From the NCBI GenBank assembly GCA_964532925.1, contig CAZHIP010000001.1, forward strand, positions 11,227 to 75,226: DNA of 64,000 bases, in the 5' to 3' direction. The stretch's first letter is position 1. Every line of letters begins with the position of its first letter. This document shows positions 50,251-59,147 of the stretch, in pieces. This stretch comes from an uncultured Gammaproteobacteria bacterium. Lineage in GTDB: Bacteria > Patescibacteriota > Patescibacteriia > GWA2-47-26. The notes beneath the pieces are model-generated. The model was not told the DNA's origin. It ran no database searches and saw nothing but the letters and a program-made list of their open reading frames with translations. Position numbers and translations under genes: made by a program.

Positions 50251-52617
50251 ATGGCAGATTTTTTGAGCGCACTCTCTTCTTCGCGGTCTAGGCGGACGAT
50301 AAAACCTAAGCGTGTAATCCCGGCTTCTCATGAAGGTAGTGATGAGGAGATGCGTTTGTCTGACGCGACGAATCCCGCAAGTGCGCCGCCACGATTAAGC
50401 CGTGCGTTGTTTGTGGTGCTCATCACACTGATTGTGGGTGTAGTGACAATTCCGCTTGCCTATATGCCTAAGGCACTCGCAATTTCTGAATGGCTCCGTC
50501 AGACCATTCTTTTTGGTGTTGCATTAGTTGGGTTGGTGGCCACCTTAGTCCACATTGTTCGTCGGAAGTCACTCAGTCTTCCGCGCCAATGGTTCACATT
50601 CGCACTCGTTGGGGGCGTTTCGCTCTCAGCAATAGTGAGCGCGCTGATGAGCAAGACTCGCTATTTGTCATTGTATGGATATGATGGGGTTGAAGGGTAT
50701 GCGGCAACTACCTATGTTGCTGCAGCGATTGTGATGATATTGGTTGCTATTATTGGTCATGAGCGACGCAAGCTCTACTATGCCTGGCTTACCGGTGGAG
50801 CAGTGGTAATGGGTCTTTCGGTGCTTTCTTTGTATCATGTGAATGTCTTTCCTGGGGTTGGTATTTCGAGCTGGACACCTTTTGGTGGCACATTGGCACT
50901 GGTCGTTATGGCAGCTCTTACGATTGTCGGGTCATATGGTGTTCTCACGGAGTATCGACCATCGCGTGCACTGTATGCCATAGCAGCCCTTGCTGCCCTC
51001 TGTAGTTTTATCGTTCTTATTTCGGTGAATAATCGGTATGGGTTTTTAGTGCTTGCTGGTGGATCTCTTGTCTTTTTGATTGGTGCAGCATTTCGAAAAG
51101 AAGAGATTTTGTCGAGATCAATGATGGCGCCGTGTATCGGCCTGTTTCTTTCGATTGTCTATTTATTTATGGCAATCCCGAGCATTGTGTCTACGCCGCT
51201 CGAGGTGAATATATCTCTCAAAGAAAGCGTGCGAGTTGCAGGTGCAGCACTGCATGCAAATCCAGTCTTTGGGTCAGGGCCAGGAACGTACGCCAATCAG
51301 TTTTTACGTTTGCGTGGTGCGGAGGTCACTCGCCAAGGCTTTGGTAATATTGATTTTCACAGTGGCGCAGGGATGGTCCTTACTCTGTTGGTTACTGTTG
51401 GTATTTTTGGGGGTCTCCTTTGGACAGCGCTGGTGCTCTGGTCATTATGGATGAGCGGTAAAGGTATTGTTCGGGATCGCCGAACAGGGTCCTATCTAGC
51501 GATTCAGTCTGTTTTGTTTACGGTACTTGTTGCTACGTTGTTTTTACCTGTCAGCCCCACTATCTTGTTTACCGCCGTACTGTTTCTCGGCTTGAGCCTT
51601 GCAGAAGGCACGTATCGCGAGATTTCCATGGCTCGCTCTGAGCGTGGAATAGCACTTCGTAATGGTGCTGTTGCACTTGTGTTACTTATGCTTGTTATTG
51701 GAACGGTCGTGGTAGTGCGAAGAACAGGCGGAGTATATTTTGCGCTCCGTGGTGCTCGTGCATTTGCACAAAATGCCCCCACTGCTATTGAGGCCATGAC
51801 AAAGGCTATCGTATTTGATAACGGTCATGATGGTTACTGGCGAATGCTTTCTGATGCACGGCGGACACAATTGAACACGGCAAGCGCTCAGCTAGGCAGC
51901 GGTGATGTTACGCCAGAAGCAAAGACAGCGCTGCAATATATGAGAGCTCAAATGCTCGATGCTGCAACTCGCGCGACAATGTTGGCACCAGGTTCGGCGC
52001 TGAACTGGGCGACGCTTGGCCAGGCAAAACTGGTTTCTGGGGCGTCTAATCAAGATGCACTCACCGACGCGCACAGTGCGTTTGGGCGTGCACAAGAATT
52101 AAACCCTACAGATCCAGGCGTGGTCACAGCGCTCGGTGTTACCGAGCGGCTTCAGGCATTCGTGAGTGCAAAAGGTGAGAAGCCTGATAATACCAAAGCA
52201 GTTGTGTTACTCGAGCAGGCAATTGCATTACAACCTGCGTATGTACAGGCGCACTTAGAATTGGCCCGTTTGTATGCTTCGTCTCTTGAGGAGGAGAAGG
52301 CGTTCGTTGCATATGGTAATGCTCGCTTGGCGGCGCCATATGATCCGCGGGTTGCCTATGAGGTTGCTATGTATTTGCGCGAAGGTAAGAAAACCGTAGA
52401 AGCAATTGCCGAACTTGAGCGTGCGGTGAAGCTTGCACCAAATTTTGTGGATGCTCACCTGGTACTGTCTGATCTCTATGTCTTTACAGGTGATTATGCG
52501 AACGCCATTCTTCATACAGAAGCCTTATTGAAACTCTACCCAGACAGCAAAGAACTTCAGGCTCGGCTTGAATCGTTGAAAGAAAAAGCCGCCGCACCAC
52601 CAAAGAAAAAGAAATAA
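50251..52617 (+). CDS. O-antigen ligase/polymerase-like multi-TM protein with C-terminal TPR repeats
   Basis: About 10-12 TM helices over the first ~470 aa, then TPR-like repeats (AHLELARLYASSLEEEKA, AYEVAMYLREGKK..., AHLVLSDLYVFTGDYANA). Confidence 0.55.
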   Translation: MADFLSALSSSRSRRTIKPKRVIPASHEGSDEEMRLSDATNPASAPPRLSRALFVVLITLIVGVVTIPLAYMPKALAISEWLRQTILFGVALVGLVATLVHIVRRKSLSLPRQWFTFALVGGVSLSAIVSALMSKTRYLSLYGYDGVEGYAATTYVAAAIVMILVAIIGHERRKLYYAWLTGGAVVMGLSVLSLYHVNVFPGVGISSWTPFGGTLALVVMAALTIVGSYGVLTEYRPSRALYAIAALAALCSFIVLISVNNRYGFLVLAGGSLVFLIGAAFRKEEILSRSMMAPCIGLFLSIVYLFMAIPSIVSTPLEVNISLKESVRVAGAALHANPVFGSGPGTYANQFLRLRGAEVTRQGFGNIDFHSGAGMVLTLLVTVGIFGGLLWTALVLWSLWMSGKGIVRDRRTGSYLAIQSVLFTVLVATLFLPVSPTILFTAVLFLGLSLAEGTYREISMARSERGIALRNGAVALVLLMLVIGTVVVVRRTGGVYFALRGARAFAQNAPTAIEAMTKAIVFDNGHDGYWRMLSDARRTQLNTASAQLGSGDVTPEAKTALQYMRAQMLDAATRATMLAPGSALNWATLGQAKLVSGASNQDALTDAHSAFGRAQELNPTDPGVVTALGVTERLQAFVSAKGEKPDNTKAVVLLEQAIALQPAYVQAHLELARLYASSLEEEKAFVAYGNARLAAPYDPRVAYEVAMYLREGKKTVEAIAELERAVKLAPNFVDAHLVLSDLYVFTGDYANAILHTEALLKLYPDSKELQARLESLKEKAAAPPKKKK

Positions 52618-52624
52618 TAGCAGA

Positions 52625-52656
52625 TAAAAACCAGGCTACAATAGCCTGGTTTTTTG
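52625..52656 (+). terminator. Rho-independent terminator closing the glycan locus
   Basis: aaaaa-ccaggctacaatagcctgg-tttttt. Confidence 0.7.
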
Positions 52657-52682
52657 ATATCCATATCTCAGCGCCACGCTCC

Positions 52683-52754
52683 TGCTCCCGGGCCGATTTG
52701 AACGGCCATCACTGCCTTCGGAGGGCAATACTCTATCCGTTGAGCTACGGGAGC
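52683..52754 (-). tRNA. tRNA-Gly (anticodon UCC); no encoded CCA
   Basis: Reverse complement GCTCCCG-TA-GCTC-AACGGATA-GAGT-A-TTGCC-CTCCGAA-GGCAG-TGAT-GGCCG-TTCAAAT-CGGCC-CGGGAGC-A is a canonical cloverleaf. Confidence 0.9.
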
Positions 52755-52771
52755 AAAGGTATAGTGCCTAG

Positions 52772-53884
52772 TTACATTCGCCGCAAGGAACGCGCGACTC
52801 GGTAGAGCTTATACCACATGTTCTTGAGCGGCAAATCAAAGGCCCCAGGATACTCGACAACGTGTCCACCAAAACCCATTTTGAAACGTGTTACGCCTGG
52901 CCATTTTTGTGCATCAATGCCCCAGAAGTCGTAATAGCGGTAGCCTTCTTTGCGCGCAAAGCGCATTACTTCCCAATGCAGCATAAATGGCGCCATGAGT
53001 TGTCGAGCGTCATGGTCTGACGCGCCATGCAAGTAGGTTACTGTATCGCCAAAAAATCCTAACAGCGCGCCAGCGACCGGCTTGTCATCATCGTAGGCCA
53101 TGGCAAGTTGTACGGAGAACTTTGCGTGAGTAAGATGCTCACTATGCAAGCATGTACCCATCTTTCGGTAATACTCGGCGTCGTGCATGCGGAAACCGTT
53201 CCGGCGAGCGGTATCACTCAACATGCCAATAAATTGTTCCATGGGCTTGCCGGTCGCGGGCTCTATCACCACGCGTACTTCTTTTTTGGTCGCCAGGCGA
53301 ATATTGTAGCGTGTTTTGTCGTGCATTGCCGCAAAGAGTTTTTCGTCTGAATCAGTGAGATCAACAACCAATGTTTTTTTGGGTTGGACGGGGTCGACGG
53401 GAATACTCTTGCCAATAAGATACTTACCGCCACTGGTCTTGAGGCTTGTTGCTTCGAGTGGCTGGATGGCGCCGTAGCCACTGACACCTCGATGTAGTGG
53501 AGCAGTATTTGCAAGTGGTTCGTGGCGCCAAAATATGTCGGATGAGCGAGTACTCGTCGTCTCTAAGTGCAGTCGGATTTCCTTGAATAGATCCAAGAAT
53601 TCTGCAGCGTTCATTTCGTCCTTCATGATGGGGCCGCGTGGGCTATACCAATAGTATTTACCAAGCGGAAGCGGTAGGTGAGTGAGGCCAATGATGGCAT
53701 GGAGCGGTCCAGATTCAAGGGTTTCATGTGGAGAGAGGATGGCAAGATATGTTGCGGTGCGGCCAAGCGTATGTTGAAACTGGAGCCATTCCCAAGATTG
53801 CTGAAAAAGTCCTGTTTGGGTTGCAAGCGAGAGAAGAAAATTATTCCATGCTTGAGCGTCTTTCCATTCTGTAATGCGCAGCAT
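52772..53884 (-). CDS. FemABX-family aminoacyl-tRNA-dependent peptidyltransferase (peptidoglycan cross-bridge)
   Basis: KTRYNIRLA and TRFKMGFGG segments typical of the FemABX fold; 370 aa. Confidence 0.7.
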   Translation of the reverse strand: MLRITEWKDAQAWNNFLLSLATQTGLFQQSWEWLQFQHTLGRTATYLAILSPHETLESGPLHAIIGLTHLPLPLGKYYWYSPRGPIMKDEMNAAEFLDLFKEIRLHLETTSTRSSDIFWRHEPLANTAPLHRGVSGYGAIQPLEATSLKTSGGKYLIGKSIPVDPVQPKKTLVVDLTDSDEKLFAAMHDKTRYNIRLATKKEVRVVIEPATGKPMEQFIGMLSDTARRNGFRMHDAEYYRKMGTCLHSEHLTHAKFSVQLAMAYDDDKPVAGALLGFFGDTVTYLHGASDHDARQLMAPFMLHWEVMRFARKEGYRYYDFWGIDAQKWPGVTRFKMGFGGHVVEYPGAFDLPLKNMWYKLYRVARSLRRM

Positions 53885-53885
53885 A

Positions 53886-54479
53886 TTAGAGGACTTTCAG
53901 TGCCGCTTTAATCTTTTCTTCCACGGTGGCGCCACTCACCATAGCGAGGGCATCGCGAGCCTCGACGGCAGAGTACCCCAAGCGACGAAGTGCTTCGACG
54001 GCATCAGTGTCGATGGTGGTGATGCCTTGTTCGGAGAGGACACCTTTAAGGTCGAGGATGATTTTTTGTGCGGTCTTTTTGCCAACACCAGAAGCAGAGG
54101 TAAGGATACCGACATCGCCTTTGGCTATAGCATCACGCACGCGGTCTGACCCCAGAGAGAGGACGGTGAGACCCATTTTTGGCCCAACACCAGAAACGGA
54201 AATCAGCTTTTCAAATAAGACGAGGTCAGCCTGTTCAGTGAATCCGAAAAGGTCTCGGGCATCCTCTCGGATGTGGTCGTGCGTGTAAAGGATTATAGGC
54301 GCACCGATGGTGAGTGATTCGAGTGTAGCACTAGAAATAGAGACTTTGTAGCCAATGTCGTGAACAAGGACAATGGCGTGGTCTTTGCCTTTGTTTAGTA
54401 TGGACCCGGATAAGTAAGAGATCATATCATTATGGCCAGTATAGCACGCCCTGAAAACAAATAAACCCGCCTTTTTCAA
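53886..54479 (-). CDS. ruvA: Holliday junction DNA helicase RuvA
   Basis: N-terminal OB domain; HhH pairs (LISVSGVGPKMGLTVLS, LTSASGVGKKTAQKIIL); C-terminal RuvB-binding domain. Confidence 0.85.
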   Translation of the reverse strand: MKKAGLFVFRACYTGHNDMISYLSGSILNKGKDHAIVLVHDIGYKVSISSATLESLTIGAPIILYTHDHIREDARDLFGFTEQADLVLFEKLISVSGVGPKMGLTVLSLGSDRVRDAIAKGDVGILTSASGVGKKTAQKIILDLKGVLSEQGITTIDTDAVEALRRLGYSAVEARDALAMVSGATVEEKIKAALKVL

Positions 54480-54488
54480 GCGGGTTTA
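54450..54488 (-). terminator. Rho-independent terminator after ileS
   Basis: Minus strand aaacccgcttgaaaaaggcgggttt followed by atttgtttt. Confidence 0.6.
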
Positions 54489-54500
54489 TGGAGTTGATTG

Positions 54501-57500
54501 TTAGCATTTGATGCCGATCCAGACTGGTGCGCTATCGACTTCAACGGTTGCCCCAAAGTCGGCAGGGGTTTCGGCATCAACAATTGTAATGTTTGTAGCC
54601 AATGTGCCTTTTGTGAGCTCTGCATTGAAGTGTTGTATGGCATGTACCACCATCTCATTTTCGCTCTGGATGAGAATACCAACGCGATCTTGTGGCGTAA
54701 GGCCTGCTTTTTTGCGCGTGTCGTTGATCTGGCGCGAGAGTTCGCGGACCAGCCCAAGCTCGGTGAGTTCTGGGGTGAGAACGATGTCCAAACCAACCGT
54801 GGCTTCGCTAACAGCCTTGTTGGGCCATGATTCTGGGATAGATTTCAGAAGTTCAACTTTTTGCACATTTACTTCATCGGCGACAATTTCCAAAAGTTCT
54901 TCTGAGAGTTTGGTGCCGGTAACTGCCAAAGAGGCGAGTGGTTGGCGGACCTTCATTTTGTTTTCGGCGCGCAACGAGTGTGCGGCTTCGACAATGGCAC
55001 GGACAGTGTCCATCTCGTGAACAATTGTAGTGTTCGCGTGTTTTTTGTTTGCAGTTGGCCACTCACTCAAGTGAACCGATTCTTGTTCGCCACCAACTTC
55101 TTGGTACATATGTTCTGCGAGGAATGGAGTGAACGGTGCCAAGAGTTCGGCAAGTGTTATAAGTGCGTAGCGAGTGGTGGCAAGTGCAGCATCTTTATCA
55201 GCACCTTCATCTTTGAAGCGGTCGCGTGAGCGACGCAAGTACCAGGTTGAGAGGTCGTTAATGAATGGTGCAAATAATATTGCGGCCTGACGTACTTCGT
55301 ATTTTTCAAGTGCTGTCGTGGCTTCGGCTACCAGCTCGTTCAGTTTTGCAAGAATCCAGACATCAAGCGGATGCTTCGTGCTCGGTTGTTTGTCTGTATT
55401 TTTTGTTGCGTACATTTGGTAGAACGAGAGCACGTTGCCGAGTGTCATGAGCACACGGTTCATGTCACCAACGCCGCGGTCGGAGAATCGAGATTCTTCG
55501 GCCTCAACGGATGGAGAGGTGAGGAGATAGAGGCGCAGCGCATCAGCGCCGTATTTGTTTATGATCTCTTCGGGTTCTGGATAGTTTTTGAGGCGCTTGG
55601 ACATTTTGCGACCATCTTCGGCGAGTAAGATGCCGTTGACAATACAGTTTTTGAACGATGATTTTCCAAAGAGGGCAACACTAAGCACGAGCATGGTGTA
55701 AAACCAGCCACGCGTCTGATCAATACCTTCCGCAATGAATTCGCCGGGGAAAGAATGTTCAAAACCAGCCTTGTCTTCAAATGGGTAGTGCTTTGAAGCA
55801 TACGGCATGGCACCCGATTCAAACCAGCAGTCGAGTACTTCCTCGATGCGAGTCATTGTTCCGCCGCAACTCTTCTCGCACGGCCACGTCACCGCATCAA
55901 TTACGGGGCGATGTAGGTTGATTTCGCCAGCCTCGTTTACGAGTGTACCAAGAAACGGAATCTCAATAGGTGTCGCAAACTCTGGATACGTAAGGTCCTG
56001 TACACCATGTGCCGTTTTTGCGCTCATTGCCCACAAAACCATGAGGAGTGGGTCGCCATGCGAAACAATCAAGATCGTTTCGTTTTCGTGACCAGCATCA
56101 ATTGCCTTGATTGTTGTCATCATGCGCACCACCAGTTCTGACCAGGTTTCATTTTCGCCAATCTTTTTTTGGAAGCGTTCTTCTTGGACGGAGAATTGTG
56201 ATTGGTGCGCGCTAACTGGTTTGCCGTCAAAGCCAGGTAAGTTGAATTCGTGTAATCCAGTGTTTGTTTCTACAGGTAAGCCTAATGTTTCAGCAACAAT
56301 GGTGGCAGTTTCTTGCGTGCGGAAAAATGGTGAAGCAATGATCTTGGTGACGCCTTTGGTTTTTAATTCCTCACCAGCTTTTTTTGCACGAGCCTGACCA
56401 TTTTTTGTCAGCGGATATTGAGCGCTTGTTTCAAGTGATGCACTAATAACATCTTGAGTGTTTGATTCGCTTTCACCGTGACGCATGAAGATAAACGTAT
56501 TGCGCTTGGTGGCCTTTTTGAGGAGTGTCTCGACGGATGGAACACACTCGACGTGTTTGCATTCGTTACACTGCCAGACGGGTAGCGGTGTACCCCAGTA
56601 GCGGTTACGGGAAATTGCCCAATCGCGTGCTTCGCTAATCCAGTTACCAAAACGACCGCCACCAACATGTTCGGGCACCCAGTTGATCTTTTTATTTGCC
56701 GTTACGAGGTCATCGCGCATTTCGGAGACGCGGACAAACCATGTGTCGATGGCCTTATAGAGAAGCGGGCTATCACAGCGCCAGCAGTGTGGATAGGAGT
56801 GAGTTGTTGTGGTTTTATGGAGGAGCTTTTCGCCCAGAGCCTCCATGATAAGTGGGTTGGTCTTTTTGAAAAACATGCCTTCGTATGGCGCGACAAGCTT
56901 CGTGAAGTGGCCGTTGCCATCAAGCGGATCAACCATTGGAATATGATTGGCAGAAGCGAGTTTGAAGTCATCTTCGCCAAACGCTGGAGCAATGTGGACA
57001 ATGCCCGTACCATCTGTCGTCGTGACGAAATCTGCAACGTGCACTTTGAATGCACCTTCGCTTGCTTTGTCAGCAAAGAAACCAAAGAGTGGCTCGTAGG
57101 TGATGCCAGCTAGAGTAGAGCCTTTTCGTTCTGTAAGAGCTTCGTATTCGCCAGGGAACGATGAAAGGCGATCTTTTGCTACGATGAGTTGTTCACAATT
57201 TACCACAATAGTGGTGTAAGTGATGTCAGCCCCAACCGCCAATGCCATGTTCGCAGGCAATGTCCATGGAGTGGTGGTCCAGGCTACGAGGTATGTTGGT
57301 TTCGAGAATTTTTTGTCGGTGATTTTAAATTTTACAAACACGGCCGGGTCTTGCACGTCGCGGTATGCACCTGGTTGGTTTACTTCAAAGTTTGAAAGCG
57401 GGGTTGCGCAGCGTGGGCAGTAGGGAAGCACTTTGTTGCCTTTGTAGATTTTTTTGTCTTCGTGAAGGCGTGAGAAAACCCACCAGATGGACTCCATAAA

Positions 57501-57941
57501 TGAAGCGTCCATGGTGCGGTACGGTGTACGCATATCGACCCAGCGGCCGGTGCGCTCAATAGTCTTTTCCCAATCATTTGTGTAGCGGAGCACGATAGAA
57601 CGGCATGCTTCATTAAACTTGGCCATGCCAAGCTTTTCTTCGATATCGCGTTTGCCGGAGATCTTCAAGTCTTTTTCGGTTTCGTATTCCACCGGCAATC
57701 CGTGACAATCCCAGCCCCACTGACGAGGCACGCTATAGCCCTTCATGCTCTTAAAACGCGGAATGACATCTTTTATGGTGCCAGCCAAAATATGGCCATA
57801 ATGTGGTAATCCGGTGGCAAACGGCGGGCCATCGTAAAAGACAAACTCACCGTTCGGTGACTTCTTGGTTAAGGTCTTTTCGAAGATGCCTTTTTCCTTC
57901 CAATTCGTGAGTATTTCTTGTTCGCGTTCTGGTATTGACAT
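54501..57941 (-). CDS. ileS: isoleucyl-tRNA synthetase (type 2) carrying an inserted histidine-phosphatase (PGAM-like) domain
   Basis: HIGH-class PFATGLPHYGHIL, WAISRNRYWGTPLPVW, KMSKR. Residues ~480-667 (FIFMRHGESESN ... RTQETA ... SHGD) form a histidine-phosphatase-like domain between WQCNEC and CEKSCGG, before LHRPVIDA/WFESG. Total 1146 aa. Confidence 0.9.
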   Translation of the reverse strand: MSIPEREQEILTNWKEKGIFEKTLTKKSPNGEFVFYDGPPFATGLPHYGHILAGTIKDVIPRFKSMKGYSVPRQWGWDCHGLPVEYETEKDLKISGKRDIEEKLGMAKFNEACRSIVLRYTNDWEKTIERTGRWVDMRTPYRTMDASFMESIWWVFSRLHEDKKIYKGNKVLPYCPRCATPLSNFEVNQPGAYRDVQDPAVFVKFKITDKKFSKPTYLVAWTTTPWTLPANMALAVGADITYTTIVVNCEQLIVAKDRLSSFPGEYEALTERKGSTLAGITYEPLFGFFADKASEGAFKVHVADFVTTTDGTGIVHIAPAFGEDDFKLASANHIPMVDPLDGNGHFTKLVAPYEGMFFKKTNPLIMEALGEKLLHKTTTTHSYPHCWRCDSPLLYKAIDTWFVRVSEMRDDLVTANKKINWVPEHVGGGRFGNWISEARDWAISRNRYWGTPLPVWQCNECKHVECVPSVETLLKKATKRNTFIFMRHGESESNTQDVISASLETSAQYPLTKNGQARAKKAGEELKTKGVTKIIASPFFRTQETATIVAETLGLPVETNTGLHEFNLPGFDGKPVSAHQSQFSVQEERFQKKIGENETWSELVVRMMTTIKAIDAGHENETILIVSHGDPLLMVLWAMSAKTAHGVQDLTYPEFATPIEIPFLGTLVNEAGEINLHRPVIDAVTWPCEKSCGGTMTRIEEVLDCWFESGAMPYASKHYPFEDKAGFEHSFPGEFIAEGIDQTRGWFYTMLVLSVALFGKSSFKNCIVNGILLAEDGRKMSKRLKNYPEPEEIINKYGADALRLYLLTSPSVEAEESRFSDRGVGDMNRVLMTLGNVLSFYQMYATKNTDKQPSTKHPLDVWILAKLNELVAEATTALEKYEVRQAAILFAPFINDLSTWYLRRSRDRFKDEGADKDAALATTRYALITLAELLAPFTPFLAEHMYQEVGGEQESVHLSEWPTANKKHANTTIVHEMDTVRAIVEAAHSLRAENKMKVRQPLASLAVTGTKLSEELLEIVADEVNVQKVELLKSIPESWPNKAVSEATVGLDIVLTPELTELGLVRELSRQINDTRKKAGLTPQDRVGILIQSENEMVVHAIQHFNAELTKGTLATNITIVDAETPADFGATVEVDSAPVWIGIKC

Positions 57942-58006
57942 AATGCTACAAGATTACGAGGAAAATGAGCGTACGTCAAACGCGAGTAATGGTATACTAT
58001 GTACCT

Positions 58007-58489
58007 ATGCCAACTACAAAGCGTACAAACAGCAAGTCAGTACGGCCAAAGATTTTTATTGGCGCCGATCATGCGGGGTTCAAACTCAAAGAAGCAGTAA
58101 AAAAATGGCTTTCGAAGTCAGGGTATACGGTGGTTGATTGCGGTGCGCCAACGCTTAATCCGGCAGACGATTACCCGGATTATGCCGCCAGGGTCGGCAA
58201 GAAGGTGGTGGCTACAAAAAATGCATTGGGAATTCTTGTCTGTGGATCTTCAGAAGGTGTGTGTGTGGCTGCCAATAAAGTAACAGGTATCCGTGCGGTG
58301 AATGTGTATGATGTGGATCCAGCGAAGAAAGCACGTGAACACCTCGACGCCAATGTGCTCTGTCTTTCTGGGTGGTACTTGTGGCAAAACCAGGCGCTCC
58401 AGATTACGAAGACTTGGCTCACAACCCCGTTTTCAGGAGAGGTTCGACACGTGCGGCGGATTGCTAAGATTGCAAAGCTCGAAAAATAA
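58007..58489 (+). CDS. rpiB: ribose-5-phosphate isomerase B
   Basis: KIFIGADHAGFKLKE RpiB/LacAB signature. ATG at 58007; the ORF track's upstream extension lacks support. Confidence 0.85.
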   Translation: MPTTKRTNSKSVRPKIFIGADHAGFKLKEAVKKWLSKSGYTVVDCGAPTLNPADDYPDYAARVGKKVVATKNALGILVCGSSEGVCVAANKVTGIRAVNVYDVDPAKKAREHLDANVLCLSGWYLWQNQALQITKTWLTTPFSGEVRHVRRIAKIAKLEK

Positions 58490-58490
58490 T

Positions 58491-59126
58491 ATGAAACCAG
58501 AAATTATTCCAGCGATATTAGCACACACGCCCAAGGAACTTAAAGAGCAGTGGGGGGTGTTTTCAAAAATAAAACCCGTATTCATACAAGTAGACGTGTG
58601 TGATGGCAAGTTTGCGGGCAAGAAAACCGTGAGCGTTGATGACATAAAGAAATTAAAACTGCCAAAGTTTGAAGTGGATCTTATGGTTGCAAAGCCAGCC
58701 GAGGTTGCGCTGGAGTGGATTTTGGCAGGGGCGGCACGAATTATTTTTCATATTGAATCTGTAGAAGATGCACATGTTGTGATCGACCTCTGTCGGCTTT
58801 ATAATAAAGAAGTCGGCATTGCACTAAAACCCGAAACACCCTGGAGTACGGTAGTTCCTTTTTTATCCTCCATCGATCGTGTGCAGTTTAAAGGTGTTGA
58901 ACCAGGTGCGAGTGGGCAAAAATTAAAAGATACAGTAGTCAAAAAGATTGCCGCGTTCCACGCAAAGCACCCAAAGGTAACGATTGCAGTAGATGGTGGT
59001 GTGCGGAGAGAGACCATCGAACAACTTACAGAGGCTGGTGCAAAGAGTTTTGCGGTATCGTCAGTGCTTCTTGATGCCGTGGATGCAAAAAAAGAAATAA
59101 GTGCGTTACAAAAATTAGTCAGTTGA
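58491..59126 (+). CDS. rpe: ribulose-phosphate 3-epimerase
   Basis: MKPEIIPAIL, VDVCDGKF, HIESV, GIALKPETP and VDGG segments of the Rpe TIM barrel. ATG at 58491, immediately after the rpiB stop. Confidence 0.8.
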   Translation: MKPEIIPAILAHTPKELKEQWGVFSKIKPVFIQVDVCDGKFAGKKTVSVDDIKKLKLPKFEVDLMVAKPAEVALEWILAGAARIIFHIESVEDAHVVIDLCRLYNKEVGIALKPETPWSTVVPFLSSIDRVQFKGVEPGASGQKLKDTVVKKIAAFHAKHPKVTIAVDGGVRRETIEQLTEAGAKSFAVSSVLLDAVDAKKEISALQKLVS

Positions 59127-59147
59127 TAAATTAGTAATTATCTTTAT

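Noticed and set aside
58302-58490. Upstream extension of the rpe ORF overlapping rpiB
   Set aside because: The extension is out of frame with rpiB and lacks Rpe homology. The conserved Rpe N-terminus (MKPEIIPAIL) starts at 58491, right after the rpiB stop.
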